The position numbers and the translations under genes are program-made. A DNA stretch of 63,611 nt, counting the filler, from Asterionella formosa (lineage: Eukaryota): the NCBI GenBank assembly GCA_002256025.1. It is 12 parts of 12 records of this genome, joined end to end, with 100 filler letters (N's around TTAATTAATTAA, not from the genome) between each part and the next. Parts side by side here need not be neighbours in the genome. Positions count along the whole stretch, not along the records: positions 24,084 to 48,039 come from NKIB01002346.1; 11 more parts are not named here. One strand, given 5' to 3'. The notes under the pieces were generated by a model. The model was not told where the DNA came from and made no database searches. It saw nothing but the letters and a program-made list of their open reading frames with translations. Of this stretch, positions 23,984 to 36,050 are shown one piece after another. Each line of letters opens with the position of its first letter. Within the stretch, counting starts at the first letter, position 1.

Positions 23984-24083
23984 NNNNNNNNNNNNNNNNN
24001 NNNNNNNNNNNNNNNNNNNNNNNNNNNTTAATTAATTAANNNNNNNNNNNNNNNNNNNNNNNNNNNNNNNNNNNNNNNNNNNN
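23984..24083. other. Assembly linker N44-TTAATTAATTAA-N44 (also at 48084, 49643, 51202, 52761, 54319, 55877, 57434, 58990, 60546, 62101)
   Basis: Six-frame stop cassette within Ns; marks concatenated independent contigs. Confidence 0.97.
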
Positions 24084-24340
24084 TCCCCGCGTTCCTTGGC
24101 AGCCTCAAAGGCATCTTCGATTCTTCCTCCGATTCCCCGCTGCATATCGGAAATTGATGTGGTTTCTGCGCTTGCTACTCTGAGCAATGTGGACGATGAT
24201 CGCGCGTTGACTGGGCTCTTGCTTGAAGCAGAACTATCGAAACTTGATGCCTGGGATGATAACAAGGTGTTTGTGTATGAGAGAGAAGTGCTTAGGCTTA
24301 GACAAGGTAGCAATAAAATTGCAGTGTTGCATAATTTCAT
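24084..24340 (-). CDS. 5' end of a plastid-targeted protein, probably tryptophan synthase (alpha domain N-terminus); truncated by contig end
   Basis: Signal peptide plus Ser-rich transit peptide, then RIEDAFEAAKERG, matching the start of TrpA domains (RI...F...K..G..A); only the first residues are visible. Confidence 0.55.
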
Positions 24341-26701
24341 CTTGTCAGCGAGCTGATGTTTCTGGGGCGTGGAAGGTCTCGGGTGGATTCTCCATCAGCG
24401 TCATCATTATTACATACCGGCATTTGATATGCATATGTAGAGCAGAAAGTTGTCATCACGATCATCATGCATCAACTTGGGTACCAGGTACCTGGTACTG
24501 GTACCATGTACCAGTACCATGGCTGGTATGAAACCGTAAATACTGTATTTTATTTTATTTATAAATAGATTGGATAGACTAGTCTACATTTTGATTGTTT
24601 CCATCACAATGAGCGATATTCAGACGTGAGACGATCTCCAATCAAAATTGATCTTTTAGAAATCTTGTTCATGTCATATGATATATTCATTGATGTCGGC
24701 TATTATAGAAATGATGGCGGGCGGACAAGATAATTGTTACCTTCAGCAAATACAAAAAGAAGGCATGATGAATTTCTTTGGTACCGGTACCAGGGTACCT
24801 GGTACCTTGTCCCAGGAACCACTACCATTACCTAACTGTAAATAGCGTAAAAAATTCTGCGGTCCTCGTTGATGCATCGCTGTTACTTATCCCCGGACGA
24901 TGGACATACAGCCTACTGGTACTCCACCACTGACTGAGCACTCCTCATTGCCATACGACCGGTAATCCTGAAGTGGCCCACAACATGAATATCATTTCAA
25001 AAATATTACTTTTATTGATATAATATATTTATAAAGCAACGGGAAAAAGATATTTTGCCCCCTTTCTTCGATATTTCGTCCCCCCCCTGTTTGGAGTGGA
25101 GATGCCCTTCAGGCTGCTCTCAAGGCCGTAATAATCAATGAGGTAAGAAGTCAGGATTTGAATATGTAAATGACAATCAATGTGGAAATTTCGGGGTGAA
25201 TGGGAACAATTCGCTCACGTACTTGTCCCAAATGATTAAATACACTTCTTTTTCAATTCTTATGATAAGAATTAAATGCATGTTTCAAAAAGACTTATCC
25301 ATTCTTGAGCGCATCTGCAAATTAAACAGGGGGATGAAATATCTTTTCCTCTAAACATATTCAAGAATAAACAGATGCATTCATACTATGCAAGGAACCC
25401 AGACCAAAGTATTAGCCTTACTTGCTGTGCAGTTTTGATGGATTCATGTTAAACCAGAACTCTAGTAGTATGTATTTGCTGTTTTTCTTGGCTAAGGAAA
25501 CAATCTTGATCAGCATGGTGTTCATAGGTCACTGCCCTAGTCTATTCTCCATTTGATGTCAAACAAATCTGCTTTTGCGAGGATGCGATAGTATCAAAAC
25601 AGTACTTTTTCAATACGGCTTCTTGTGATTCATTAAATCCTGGTTTCTAGTAGCTACACCTCAAAAATCATCCTCAAATGGCAATTTCAACCCTCTTGCA
25701 TGCTTGACTGACCAAGCTGGTCGATTCTCCAGGTTTTGATAGTTACCCCTGGAGCAACATTGATCGCTACAAAATTGTATCCTTCAATGTCCCTCCACCA
25801 ATGATTCCTCAACTTGATCGATTTTCTTCCTCTCCTACCCAAAAAATCCGAGATTCATTTACATGGCTGGCTTACCCACTACTACCCAATACATTTGCTT
25901 TACACCTTTCCATGATTCTTCTTTGTGACCCTCAAAACGGTTGTCATGTTACTCTTATGCATGCATATAGATGTTTATCCACAATTTCTATCTTGGCTGG
26001 GCCCTTGCAGTAAATATAATTTTATCGACCAACAACAAGTCTAGTGAAGAATTTTTTAACCTCAACTCCCTTTCCGACAAATTTCTTGAGAAGTTTCCAG
26101 GTAATTGCTAATTAGTACCTGGTTGGTTAAATTAAATGAATATACCTCATCTGGATTGGCTTGATTCTTGCAGTCTTGTCGCCAGTAGATTTATACCTGC
26201 CATATCTGAACCAGTTGTAGTATCATTTGAATTTGGATCATCAGGAAAAACCACATAGCGTGCAATGTCATGAGCATGAGGTATGGTATGTTTTTGTTCA
26301 ATGGATATTATATGTTGATTCTTCCCAAATGGTCATAAGAAGACTTTGTTCACATCATTAGCTATTTTGATAATTACTAATGAATCAGAGCTAGCCTTCT
26401 TTGTTTCTCTTGTCCTGTACCATCCAAAACCCATGAAATGATTCACAAGCACATCAACAGGCCATTACCAATTTTGCACTGAACCAGGTACAAATATTGA
26501 TGAGATGTGCACATTAATAGTCCATAATTTCATTGATAGGTTGCACCTTCCCTACATTCTATGCTTTTGGAAGTATCATACAGTAGATATTTTAACCTAT
26601 GCTACCAATACAGAGCACATGACAACAGTTTTACCTTGTTTGGTACGTGTGGCTAGATGGTTACCCTGATCATTAAACAAATTCGCATGTGCAATTCTTC
26701 T

Positions 26702-27460
26702 CTATTTGTTTCCCCGACCGGGTTTCTTTCCCATCATCAGGTCCATCACGTTTGGAATCTCCAGTTCATTGTCGATTTTGTTCTTCTTAATTGGGGTTGG
26801 ATCCAACTCACCAATTGCAACTCCATACGCCACTCTAATTCCAAGCAAAAAGATTCCCAGTCCGGTGACTCCAAAGAATCCACTCGCCAACGAAGCCAGG
26901 CCCATGACAACATTGCGAAGGACCAGAGAAGCTCGTTGAACAATGTATAGATCCGACTCCACGGGATGCAGGGCGAAAAATGCACCCAACCAGTTGGTGA
27001 CCCACCAAATACCAGCCGCCAAGGCCAACGCCACTAAAGACCCCGAAAGAGCCACCACAGGGTTCACCCCGTTCAAATCCTTGGCCGCTGCCACCGCAGC
27101 CGCTCGTTCGGCGTCAGTCTTGTCCGACTTGAAGAGGTCCAAGCCCAACTTTTTGCCAACAACTGACCGAGCTCCAAACCTTTCCTTGTCGGAGGCTTCT
27201 TTGATCTCGGCCATGAGGCGCTCATTGACTGTCCCGGTTGCCGCTTGAATATCTAACGATCCTTGGTCTAGATTGGCAAGGAGGGAATCCTGGTCCTTGA
27301 AAGGGTCAGAGAATAGAACTAACAGAGACGGTTGCTTCACAAAAAACGGTGCATTTTCTTGAACAACTTTGTATCTGCTTGAGCAAGGCTTAAAGGCTCC
27401 AGCTGAGCTTGTAGAAACACATAAAAGGAAAAAAACTTGTCGTGTGGCGCTTAATTTCAT
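26702..27460 (-). CDS. Plastid-targeted DUF3082-like membrane protein
   Basis: Bipartite presequence (..SSAGAF), two TM segments, R.A..LRNVVMGLASLASGFFGVTGLGIFLLG typical of the cyanobacterial/plastid DUF3082 family. Confidence 0.7.
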   Translation of the reverse strand: MKLSATRQVFFLLCVSTSSAGAFKPCSSRYKVVQENAPFFVKQPSLLVLFSDPFKDQDSLLANLDQGSLDIQAATGTVNERLMAEIKEASDKERFGARSVVGKKLGLDLFKSDKTDAERAAAVAAAKDLNGVNPVVALSGSLVALALAAGIWWVTNWLGAFFALHPVESDLYIVQRASLVLRNVVMGLASLASGFFGVTGLGIFLLGIRVAYGVAIGELDPTPIKKNKIDNELEIPNVMDLMMGKKPGRGNK

Positions 27461-27901
27461 TGTTGGCCCGACTCTTAGGTCCCGATCAAAGCAAGGATTT
27501 GAGGTAAGATGTTGCTTCACTACAGCTAGCTCATTCGCTTCTTTCAGGATTGCAACCTCCCTATTGTTTCACTTTGTGGGAGTTGCTGATTGCTAATCCT
27601 TTGCTTCAACGTTCAAAGAAAAGCTTCAAAAATGTAGACGACGTGATGACCAACGAACAAGCTGATATGTGTACAGGTACTATTAGTAGAGCTCCACTGC
27701 CTGTGTATAAGTGCGTACTGTGAAAGTAAGTAAATAGCTAAGACAGCACGCAACATGAATACATATTATGAACCCCACATCTGTATCGCTTTTTGTGGTG
27801 CGACATGCGGGTGTCAATCATGGTGTGTCAATACCACATACATACATACATACATAGGGATGAAAGGCATGATGCATCATCAAATACAGCACTGCACATA
27901 A

Positions 27902-28632
27902 GGGCGGTTCTTATCATTTTTTTCGTTTATCACGGAATTTGAAATTTTTTGAAAATGTATCAGCAATGGTAACTCGATTTGAACTGAATTTCATTCATTC
28001 CAAAAGTGTCACTGTATCAATAATTTGTGATCACATTGTATCATGGAGAAACATGGATCTTCAATGGCAACAGGCTGGCAAAGATCATGTGTATATCCCT
28101 CCAGAATATAATGATGGTCTTGATATCGAGCAGCAACATAAAAACCAGTAAAATATATATTATATTAAAAACACACCATTGCATGAATCATGTCGTCACC
28201 ATTTGATTTACTTGATGATAACGATGATGACAGTAGTGATCTTGATTTCTTCTTCCTCTGTCATTTAGCGAAGGAAGCAGAGGAAAAAGAACACTCATCC
28301 AAACGACGAAGGCGACGCTGTAAACGGCAGCTTCACTCATCCAAACGACGATGACAATGAAGGCACAAGTGGCACCACGAAAGAATCTCCCGGCAATCAC
28401 ATGTCAAGAAACTTAATCACGAGATTGCTTTCGAGACGACCTACAGAATGTCACACAGAGCATTCAAAAAACTCACCTCCATTCTGGAAATTCAGATTGC
28501 AGGGAATTATTCCAAATGTGGCACTTCTGAGGCCATAATTCCCGAAATTGTGGTAGCCATTGGTTTGCGATGGTTGGCTGGTGGCAGTTACATCGACATT
28601 TGTCATGCCTACGGTTGTAGCATTGTTTCAAT
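27902..28632 (+). mobile_element. Second, 3'-truncated and frameshifted copy of the Harbinger element
   Basis: TAA|GGGCGGTTCTTATCATT start; colinear with the reverse complement of 23250-23982. Confidence 0.9.
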
Positions 28633-28979
28633 TTGAAGAACAAGAGATTCTATATTTAGTCAGCAAGTTCTAAATGTAGAAATAAATTCCTATTCATATT
28701 CTGAAAAGGCAGTTTGCTCAACTGGTTCATCAGTCAAAACATCCTAGCTGTTTTCTGCAAATCCAAATCATGTTCAGTGACTGCATCTGCAAATCGTCAT
28801 CTGTCATTAATAGGAAAGGTTTCTAAATTACTTAAAGGTTTATTTGACATCGAAATCTGGCCTATCTCACCCAGCAGGCATATCTTGGTGTCATGAATAG
28901 TACCTGGTAGTCTAGTATTTTTGTAATGGTTTATTGCAAGAACGCCAAAGCTCCTCCACCTATAAAATGCTAACCCATT

Positions 28980-30638
28980 TAGCCGAAGATATTTGAATAT
29001 CTGACAGACCGTTATGCTGATCATTTTATATTGAGGTTATGATATACAAAGATATCCATACATATTGACCTACTGGGCTGGAATCTAAGTGCATATTTGG
29101 TCAAGATGTGCACATATATTCAATGTGATGATGAGATTGTGGTGTCTAGTGAAGTGTAGTAATTTGAAATCACATTAGTAGAATATTCATTTTTATCTCT
29201 GTTTCCGGCAGCTTATGTTTTTTCGTCATCAATACACCAAGCTTCGTTTACTATATACCTTTACTAGTTTATCAGACTATTCTGATCTTCCTTGGAGATT
29301 CTATACTTCCGCAAAGAATCTCGCTCTCTTACGACGGAAGGGAGCCATTTGACACAAATCGTCACCATGTTGAAATGGTGCATGAAAGAATTCGGGTGTT
29401 GAAGGCCTTTTCTGGTGGACCTTCGCTGCCCCCAGCGGCCGGCACTCCAGCATTACTGCAGACCGCCACCTGTACATCTTGGCTGGCTGCAAGCCCTCAC
29501 TACCCACTCCCTTCGGATACATGCTCTGACTGCTGGTTCTTGTGCCCCCCCCCTATCATCTCACACTACTCTTCACTGAGTATAAACAGACACTCACAAT
29601 GCCCACAAACCGTCATAACAAAGGGTTACTCTGTACAGAGTGTAACTGACCTTCACTACACCCCCATACAAGGTTATCAAGGGGCGGGTCTCCTTTCTCG
29701 TTTATTTTCATGCTGCCATGGCTCCCTCCATCAATCCGGAAATCCGTGTTACTTTGCTTCATGATCCTCTTGATTTAGGGGGGGATATCATGGTCGACAC
29801 TCTCTTTATTCTCAGTTCGTGATTGACTTCATGAAATTTCCACCAGAATTTATTGAGAATCCTACTAGAGTCAACACTGCAGACTTTCAACTGCTTGAAC
29901 AATTCATAAACAAATTCATCCTTGCCATGATCCACATCATACCCTCAAACCCTTCACAAGAATTTGTGACAACATGCATGGTCAAAGTTCTCATGTTTAC
30001 TGCAGAACAAAAACCAGGGCAAAGCTTTGCAGATTTCCCTATCATCAAGGTGCCGACTTCCTATCTACCAACCAAACCCATCAAGACCAGTATGCATCTA
30101 ATTCTCAACACCTCCTAAGCGCACCCTATCAATCATTCATTCTAGTGGTGCTCTCCAAACCCATATCATGGGTTCAGGGGAGGCACCATTACAATTGGAG
30201 GATGCGTGCCCTACTAAATAAGCATAAATAAAAGCCTTTGCTGATGCAGGTTTTCCCATGATAGCAAGGAAGTCCAGACATATTGTTGTGAACATGTGGA
30301 ATTGGGTCCTCATTATCTTTATTTATATAAGCAAGCTCAGTAGCAATGAAGGGGAGTAGTAAAGGATATTTGAACAAATGACAAGCAGTCATGTTGGTCA
30401 TTTAATATTGAGGTTATGATATACGAAGATATCCATTCATATTGACCTACCATACTGGAATCTAAGTGCATATTTGGTCAAGATATGCACGTATAGTCAA
30501 TGTGGTGATGAGATAATGATGTCCAGTGAAGTATAATTTAAGCTCACATTAGTAGAATATTAATTTAATCTCTGAGGCAGCGGCATATATTTCGTCTTGA
30601 TCTATACAAGCTTTGTTTAATAATTACCTTGAATACTA
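28980..30638 (+). mobile_element. Old short LTR element (TRIM-like or internally deleted): LTRs ~28980-29266 and ~30357-30638
   Basis: Two diverged ~285-bp direct repeats; polypurine tract GAAGGGGAG (30348-30356) immediately before the second; PBS-like gtttatcag after the first; no pol ORF between them. Confidence 0.75.
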
Positions 30639-30896
30639 TTGGCAAACGTTTTGTATTTCTGGTTTGCCATTATGCTGGGTTCGAATGAATTCATGATATA
30701 AAAAGAAACTTGGGTACGCACAAACAATTGTCAACTATATTTTATCTAGCCCTCTTGTGCTTTGAGTGTTACACATTCTTATACCTAAAGCTAAATTTCA
30801 ATATAGTGAAACTCGTTGATGCAGACATGAAAAGGTAGTAGCTGAAGAAATGGGGAATAATATGGTTTGATGAAAGACCTTCTACAATCCGCCTGC

Positions 30897-32083
30897 TTAG
30901 CTAAACATGTAGGATACTGCAATATATCCAAGAATCATGAGATAAAAGCCCATCGATGACGACTTGTTTCCCTCAGTCTTCAGTTGGCTGACTGCTTGAG
31001 CAACGTTTGCATTGGAGCTTTGCAGTCTATCTTGCAATTCCTTGAGCTTTCCAGTGGGTGTTGCTCTTGGAATCGGTCCCCCTGCAGGCATCCCTGGTCC
31101 AGCCACTCCAATGATTCTAGGTCCAGCTTGACCAGTTTGCATAGAGGCAACACCAATTTGCACGTCGCGAAGCACAAGGAGAATGTCCTTACCCTGTTCC
31201 TGCAACGCCATTAGGAGTTGTCGGGTCTGCGCTTCCAAATCCACATACAGAAATGCTCCTAGCGAACGGCATCCATTCATGAAGGCAGGAAATAGAGTGT
31301 GTAGCAACCAGACAATTTCATACTCAGTAGTTTGAGGTAGAAACCAAACCGGGAGTGGATTTGGGGAAGTCATCAAGGCAATTTCCACAACTAACATAGC
31401 CACCATGCCAGTAAATGTCCAATTTCGTGCTTCACCACTCTTCTTTCCAAGAGTCAACATGAAAGCCATTAGACCCCATGTGACGTAGAAAATGGCCACT
31501 TCCATCAAAAATTGCGTTTCATTGTAACGTTTGTTGGATTGAATGCCTTCCTTCCCAAACTTGTTGTATACTTCCCTGAGTTCGAGATCCATCAATCCAT
31601 CATATGCTTGCTTGACAGCATCAAACTGGTTAACGGCATCGGGGCTCGGGTTCTTGTCGGGGTGAAGCTGCAAACTCAGTTTCTTGTAAGCGCGTTTGAT
31701 CTCCAACGGGTTTGATGCCCTTGTCACACCAAGTTGGACGTAGTAGTTTGGTCCCTTTTGTTGCATTTCTACACCTAAGAGCGCGGACACGAAAAGTTAG
31801 TGTCTCTACACTTCTGCTCTCTGGCGTAGCACACAAATGTGTCTCTATAAATGGGCCCAAAGGCTCGCATCGTGGGAGATTCCTCGTTTGGATAAAAAGT
31901 ACCTGTACACTCACCTGACTTGATGGCGGCAACTCCCGCCAAGAAGGCAATGGCGTACATGATGGACTTTTTGCGCTCAAAGCGACCCGGTCTCAAAATC
32001 CATGCTGTGCAAGGATGGATGATGAAAACGTAGAAGAAGAAACCGGTGAGACCGGAAAGATCGTCGCCGGACGAGTCGCTCAT
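30897..32083 (-). CDS. Multi-pass membrane DnaJ-domain protein; exons 32083-31915 and 31774-30897
   Basis: NYY..LGV...EIKRAYKKLSLQLHPDKNP J-domain with TM helices on both sides; intron 31775-31914 (gtgagt...actaac...tag) restores the frame. Confidence 0.9.
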
Positions 32084-32983
32084 ATTCGAGTTCTGGTGAT
32101 GAAAAATAAGTACCGCTTTTGATTGTTGTTGCTGATCTTGTTGCTTTCGTCGCTGGGGGCAGTTAGACAGGCAAGCAGACAGGTCTAGGAACAGGAGTCA
32201 ACACTCGTCGACAGCGAAAATGATGGCTCAAGGTGGAATTATTTCCCTAATGTATGACGGTACCCCTGGTAGGAGTGGAGCTGTTGGATGGTATTCTAGG
32301 CGCTCTATGATGGATCACGCCTTCCTTGTTACTACTAACTTCCGGTACCTCCGGTACGCTGGTATTGGCTCAGGTCAAGGAAGCACTGGGCAGCCTACCG
32401 GTACACTCCATCGGCACCTGGCACGTATTCCGGTAGGATAATTACATGATGATCAAAAGTCGAATGCATCGTACATGGTACGCAACGAGGGACTGCCCTT
32501 GCTTTGCTAGACAGGCATCAATCAGTATCACTCACTGGCTGATGTGCCAGTTGGAACCAACAGGTCCGTGTGCCATACCGGCAACGATCCATGTACCACG
32601 ACCGGTACCGGTATGTCGTTTAAAATTGGGAGGAAATGACGCACGGACCACCGCCATCGCTTTTCCTTGTTCTGATCCCCCCCTCAGGAGCCATCACCAT
32701 CATGCTGGTGGTGTCGTCGTACGTACCAGGTACCTGTTACCTAGCAGGAGTACAACTAACTACCCTACCAATTCGATATTTTGATGACCACTGTCGTTGT
32801 GTCTGTGATTGGTCGTTGCTCATTCCTATTTGCTTATGTAGCATCAATGTTCTTTCCTTGAAAAGCAGATATACCGGTACCGGTACAAACTTTTACAGGT
32901 TTCATTCAACGCGCCGGTCGTTTCGATTGCGCCATTGATTGATAACGTTCTGTTCACACCCATTACCGAGCAGATAGATTCGA

Positions 32984-35008
32984 ATGTCAAACCGAACTCT
33001 CTTAATGGCGTTTTTGGTCATGGCAGCATGTCGGCAAGTGGCGGCCTTCGTGCCTGCATCCCGCCAATTGGTGGTATCCACTAGTCGGGCCTTGCTGATG
33101 CCATACATTCGGTCTCCACCCATCCGAATGAAGCAAATCCTTTCTATGAGTACAATTACTGACATGGATGCACTGAATCAACGAATCGTTGACAAGGGAG
33201 ATGAGATCAGACAGCTCAAGGCAACTGGAATTAGTAAGGAAGATCTTCTGCCTCATATTAACGAACTCAAGGCCTTGAAGTCACAATTGCCATCCGATGA
33301 ACCCCCAGCCCCTCCCGCTTCCAAGAAACTAGCTACCACACCCAAGGCTCCTGTTGTCGAAAAAGAGATGGACGAATCGGAACTTCGGCAAAATCGACTC
33401 GACAAGGTGGCCGCCATGAAGGCTGCCGGTGTGGAACCTTATGAGTACACATACCGACCCACAATAACTGCAGCTCAATTGGCTGCCGAATACAATGATA
33501 AGCTGGAGCCTGGAGAAGAGGATGTAAATACAGATGTTGCTGTCGCAGGTCGTATTATGACGAGGCGTGTCTTTGGAAAGCTGGCCTTTTTCAGCCTTCA
33601 AGATGAGACGGGAATTGTGCAGTTGCAGATGGACAAAGCACGTCTTGGTGATTCATTCGAGGTGAGTAAAAAGTAAATCGGAACTTTCAATGGAGAGAGG
33701 CATGACTAAATATTCATTAATGAAACATGTAGGATTTGAAAGCGTGGACCGATGGAGGAGATATCATCGGAGTCCGGGGCACCATTCGTCGAACTGACAA
33801 GGGGGAATTGTCAGTGTACGCCAATGAATGGAGCATGTTGACCAAAGCAGCTTTGCCGCTTCCTGATAAGTATCACGGTCTCGTGGATGTGTCGAAGCGA
33901 TACCGCAATCGTCATTTAGATCTTATTGTCAACCCTGCTGTTCGTGATACATTCCGAAAGCGCGCAAGGATGACGTCCATGTTGCGGCGACTTTTGGATG
34001 ACATGGATTTCTTAGAGATTGAAACTCCTGTATTGCATTCTCAGAGTGGAGGAGCCGAGGCCAAGCCTTTTGAGACTTTTCACAACTCCATGGGCTTGGA
34101 CTTGACATTGCGTATTGCTACGGAGCTTCATTTAAAAAGGTTGATTGTAGGAGGCTTTAACCGTGTCTACGAAGTTGGCCGTATTTTCCGCAACGAAGGG
34201 CTCTCAACTCGTCACAACCCTGAGTTCACTTCGGTGGAGCTTTACCAAGCCTATGCTGACTACAATGATATGATTGAGCTAACTGAATACCTCGTGTGCA
34301 GTGAGTAACAACAAATGTCGCATGTCACTCAATGGCACGCTTTCTAATTCTAACCAGTTACCCCTTTCAGGCATAGCCGAAGAGATCTGTGGAGGCTTGA
34401 TTCTTCCATATGGCGAGCACACAATCAACTTTGAGCGGCCCTGGAGACGAGTTACCATGCACGATATTGTCAAGGAACAGATTCCCGACTTTGACTTTGC
34501 TGCCCTGGATCCTGACGACCCACAATCAGTGGTGAAAGCCCGTGCTGCTGCTGCCGCCGCTGGTGTTCCAGGGGTCGGTGATTGTACAACAGTTGGTTAT
34601 GTGTTGAATCAATGCTTTGAGGAATTATGCGAACCCAAGTTGATTCAGCCTACTTTTGTTATTGATTACCCAGTGGAAGTCAGTCCACTTGCCAAGCCTC
34701 ACCGAACAAAGCCTGGAATAGTAGAGCGATTTGAGCTCTTCGCAGTTGGTCGTGAACACGCCAACTCCTTTAGTGAGTTGACTGACCCTGTTGACCAACG
34801 GCAACGATTTGAAGCGCAAGCCGCGAAAAAGGCTGCTGGAGACGAGGAAGCTTGTGATGTTGATGAGGAATTTATAACTGCTTTGGAGCAGGGCATGCCA
34901 CCAACTGGAGGTCTTGGAATTGGAATAGATCGATTGGTGATGCTTTTGACTAATTCTCCTTCTATCCGTGATGTAATTGCATTTCCCCTTCTCAAACCGG
35001 ATCTATAG
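32984..35008 (+). CDS. lysS: Organellar (plastid-targeted) class II lysyl-tRNA synthetase; exons 32984-33661, 33733-34300, 34371-35008
   Basis: Presequence [74 protein letters not shown]; two GT-AG introns in frame. Confidence 0.95.
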
Positions 35009-35439
35009 AAACAAAACACATTATTGTAGCCGACTTAACTTTTATATCAATTTTCCATGTCAATAAGTTCACCAATTCGATATACGAGTTATGAGACTAC
35101 ATACATATGCTGTCATACTGATGTTGTGCTAAACCATAGGGTCTGTTGCTGCTGCCCTCACACTTGTCAAGTGTACTGGCGCAGTTCATGACACTAACAA
35201 TGTTGCCATTCCAGCTGGATTTGCTGATATTGGAGTTGATAATTCCCCAGAATCTGAAAAGGTTTTTGTCATAATGAAGAAGTTTCAAACAATTTGTTTC
35301 ATAATGAGTCAGGAATTTGCGACAGGAGACAGTTGAATGGATCAAAGAGCAATCCAATATTTTCATTATTTCCAATTCATTTGAAGTTCACTGCCTTCCA
35401 GTTATTTGATTTAATATTTCCCCCGGAGTTGTGAAACGA

Positions 35440-36050
35440 TTTCATTTTGTTTGTCATTGATCAAAAGGTAGAGGACAAGCCTGAAACCACTCAGATAGAT
35501 TGAAAAATGGTGCAATGAGCATGGTGGAGGGGAAAGTGCGTGCAGATCATGAATGACAAAAATGAATAACATGTACAGTGGTTTTCTACAGCCACTACAG
35601 ATTTCAAGGTACTGTTGAATGTCAATGATGCAAAGCGGCCCTCCCAAATCAGTTTGGAATTGATATGGGAGACGAAATGGTGGCTAAATAGAGTGTTATC
35701 ATTGCTCCTTTCAGTCACAGCAGAAGATGCCATGCTTGCATATAGCCACTTCTGTAAGGAAAAAGATTGGTGGCATGCTCTGTTTTCACAAGCGCTTTGC
35801 TGAGGCATTGGTATGAAATCCTTATTACAAAAAGGTAGAAGAATAATCGCCAAGAAGGTGGTCAAGATTAACCAAAAATGCTGAGCGCCGAGTTTTTGGG
35901 CTGCCCAAGGCACACAAAATTTCGGGATAGGGCTAGTGGATGCCGACAGTTCCCAGTTCCAATTACATGTGTAGACCGGAAAATGATGACTTGAACATGT
36001 TGTGTAGCTATGCTCAATGGGTATGCTTCGATGTCATGATTGTAGATAAC
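35440..36050 (+). mobile_element. Decayed piggyBac-like transposase C-terminal fragment
   Basis: VFYSHYRF..V...DAKRPSQISLELIWETKWWLNRVLSLLLSVT..DAMLAY resembles the third-Asp/KWW region of piggyBac-type transposases; termini not found. Confidence 0.45.

Noticed and set aside
24900..26600. Possible decayed coding sequence on the minus strand
   Set aside because: Many stops in all frames and no identifiable family.
22589..28632. Two inverted Harbinger copies apparently bracketing genes as a composite transposon
   Set aside because: A contig linker at 23984-24083 lies between them, so adjacency is not established.
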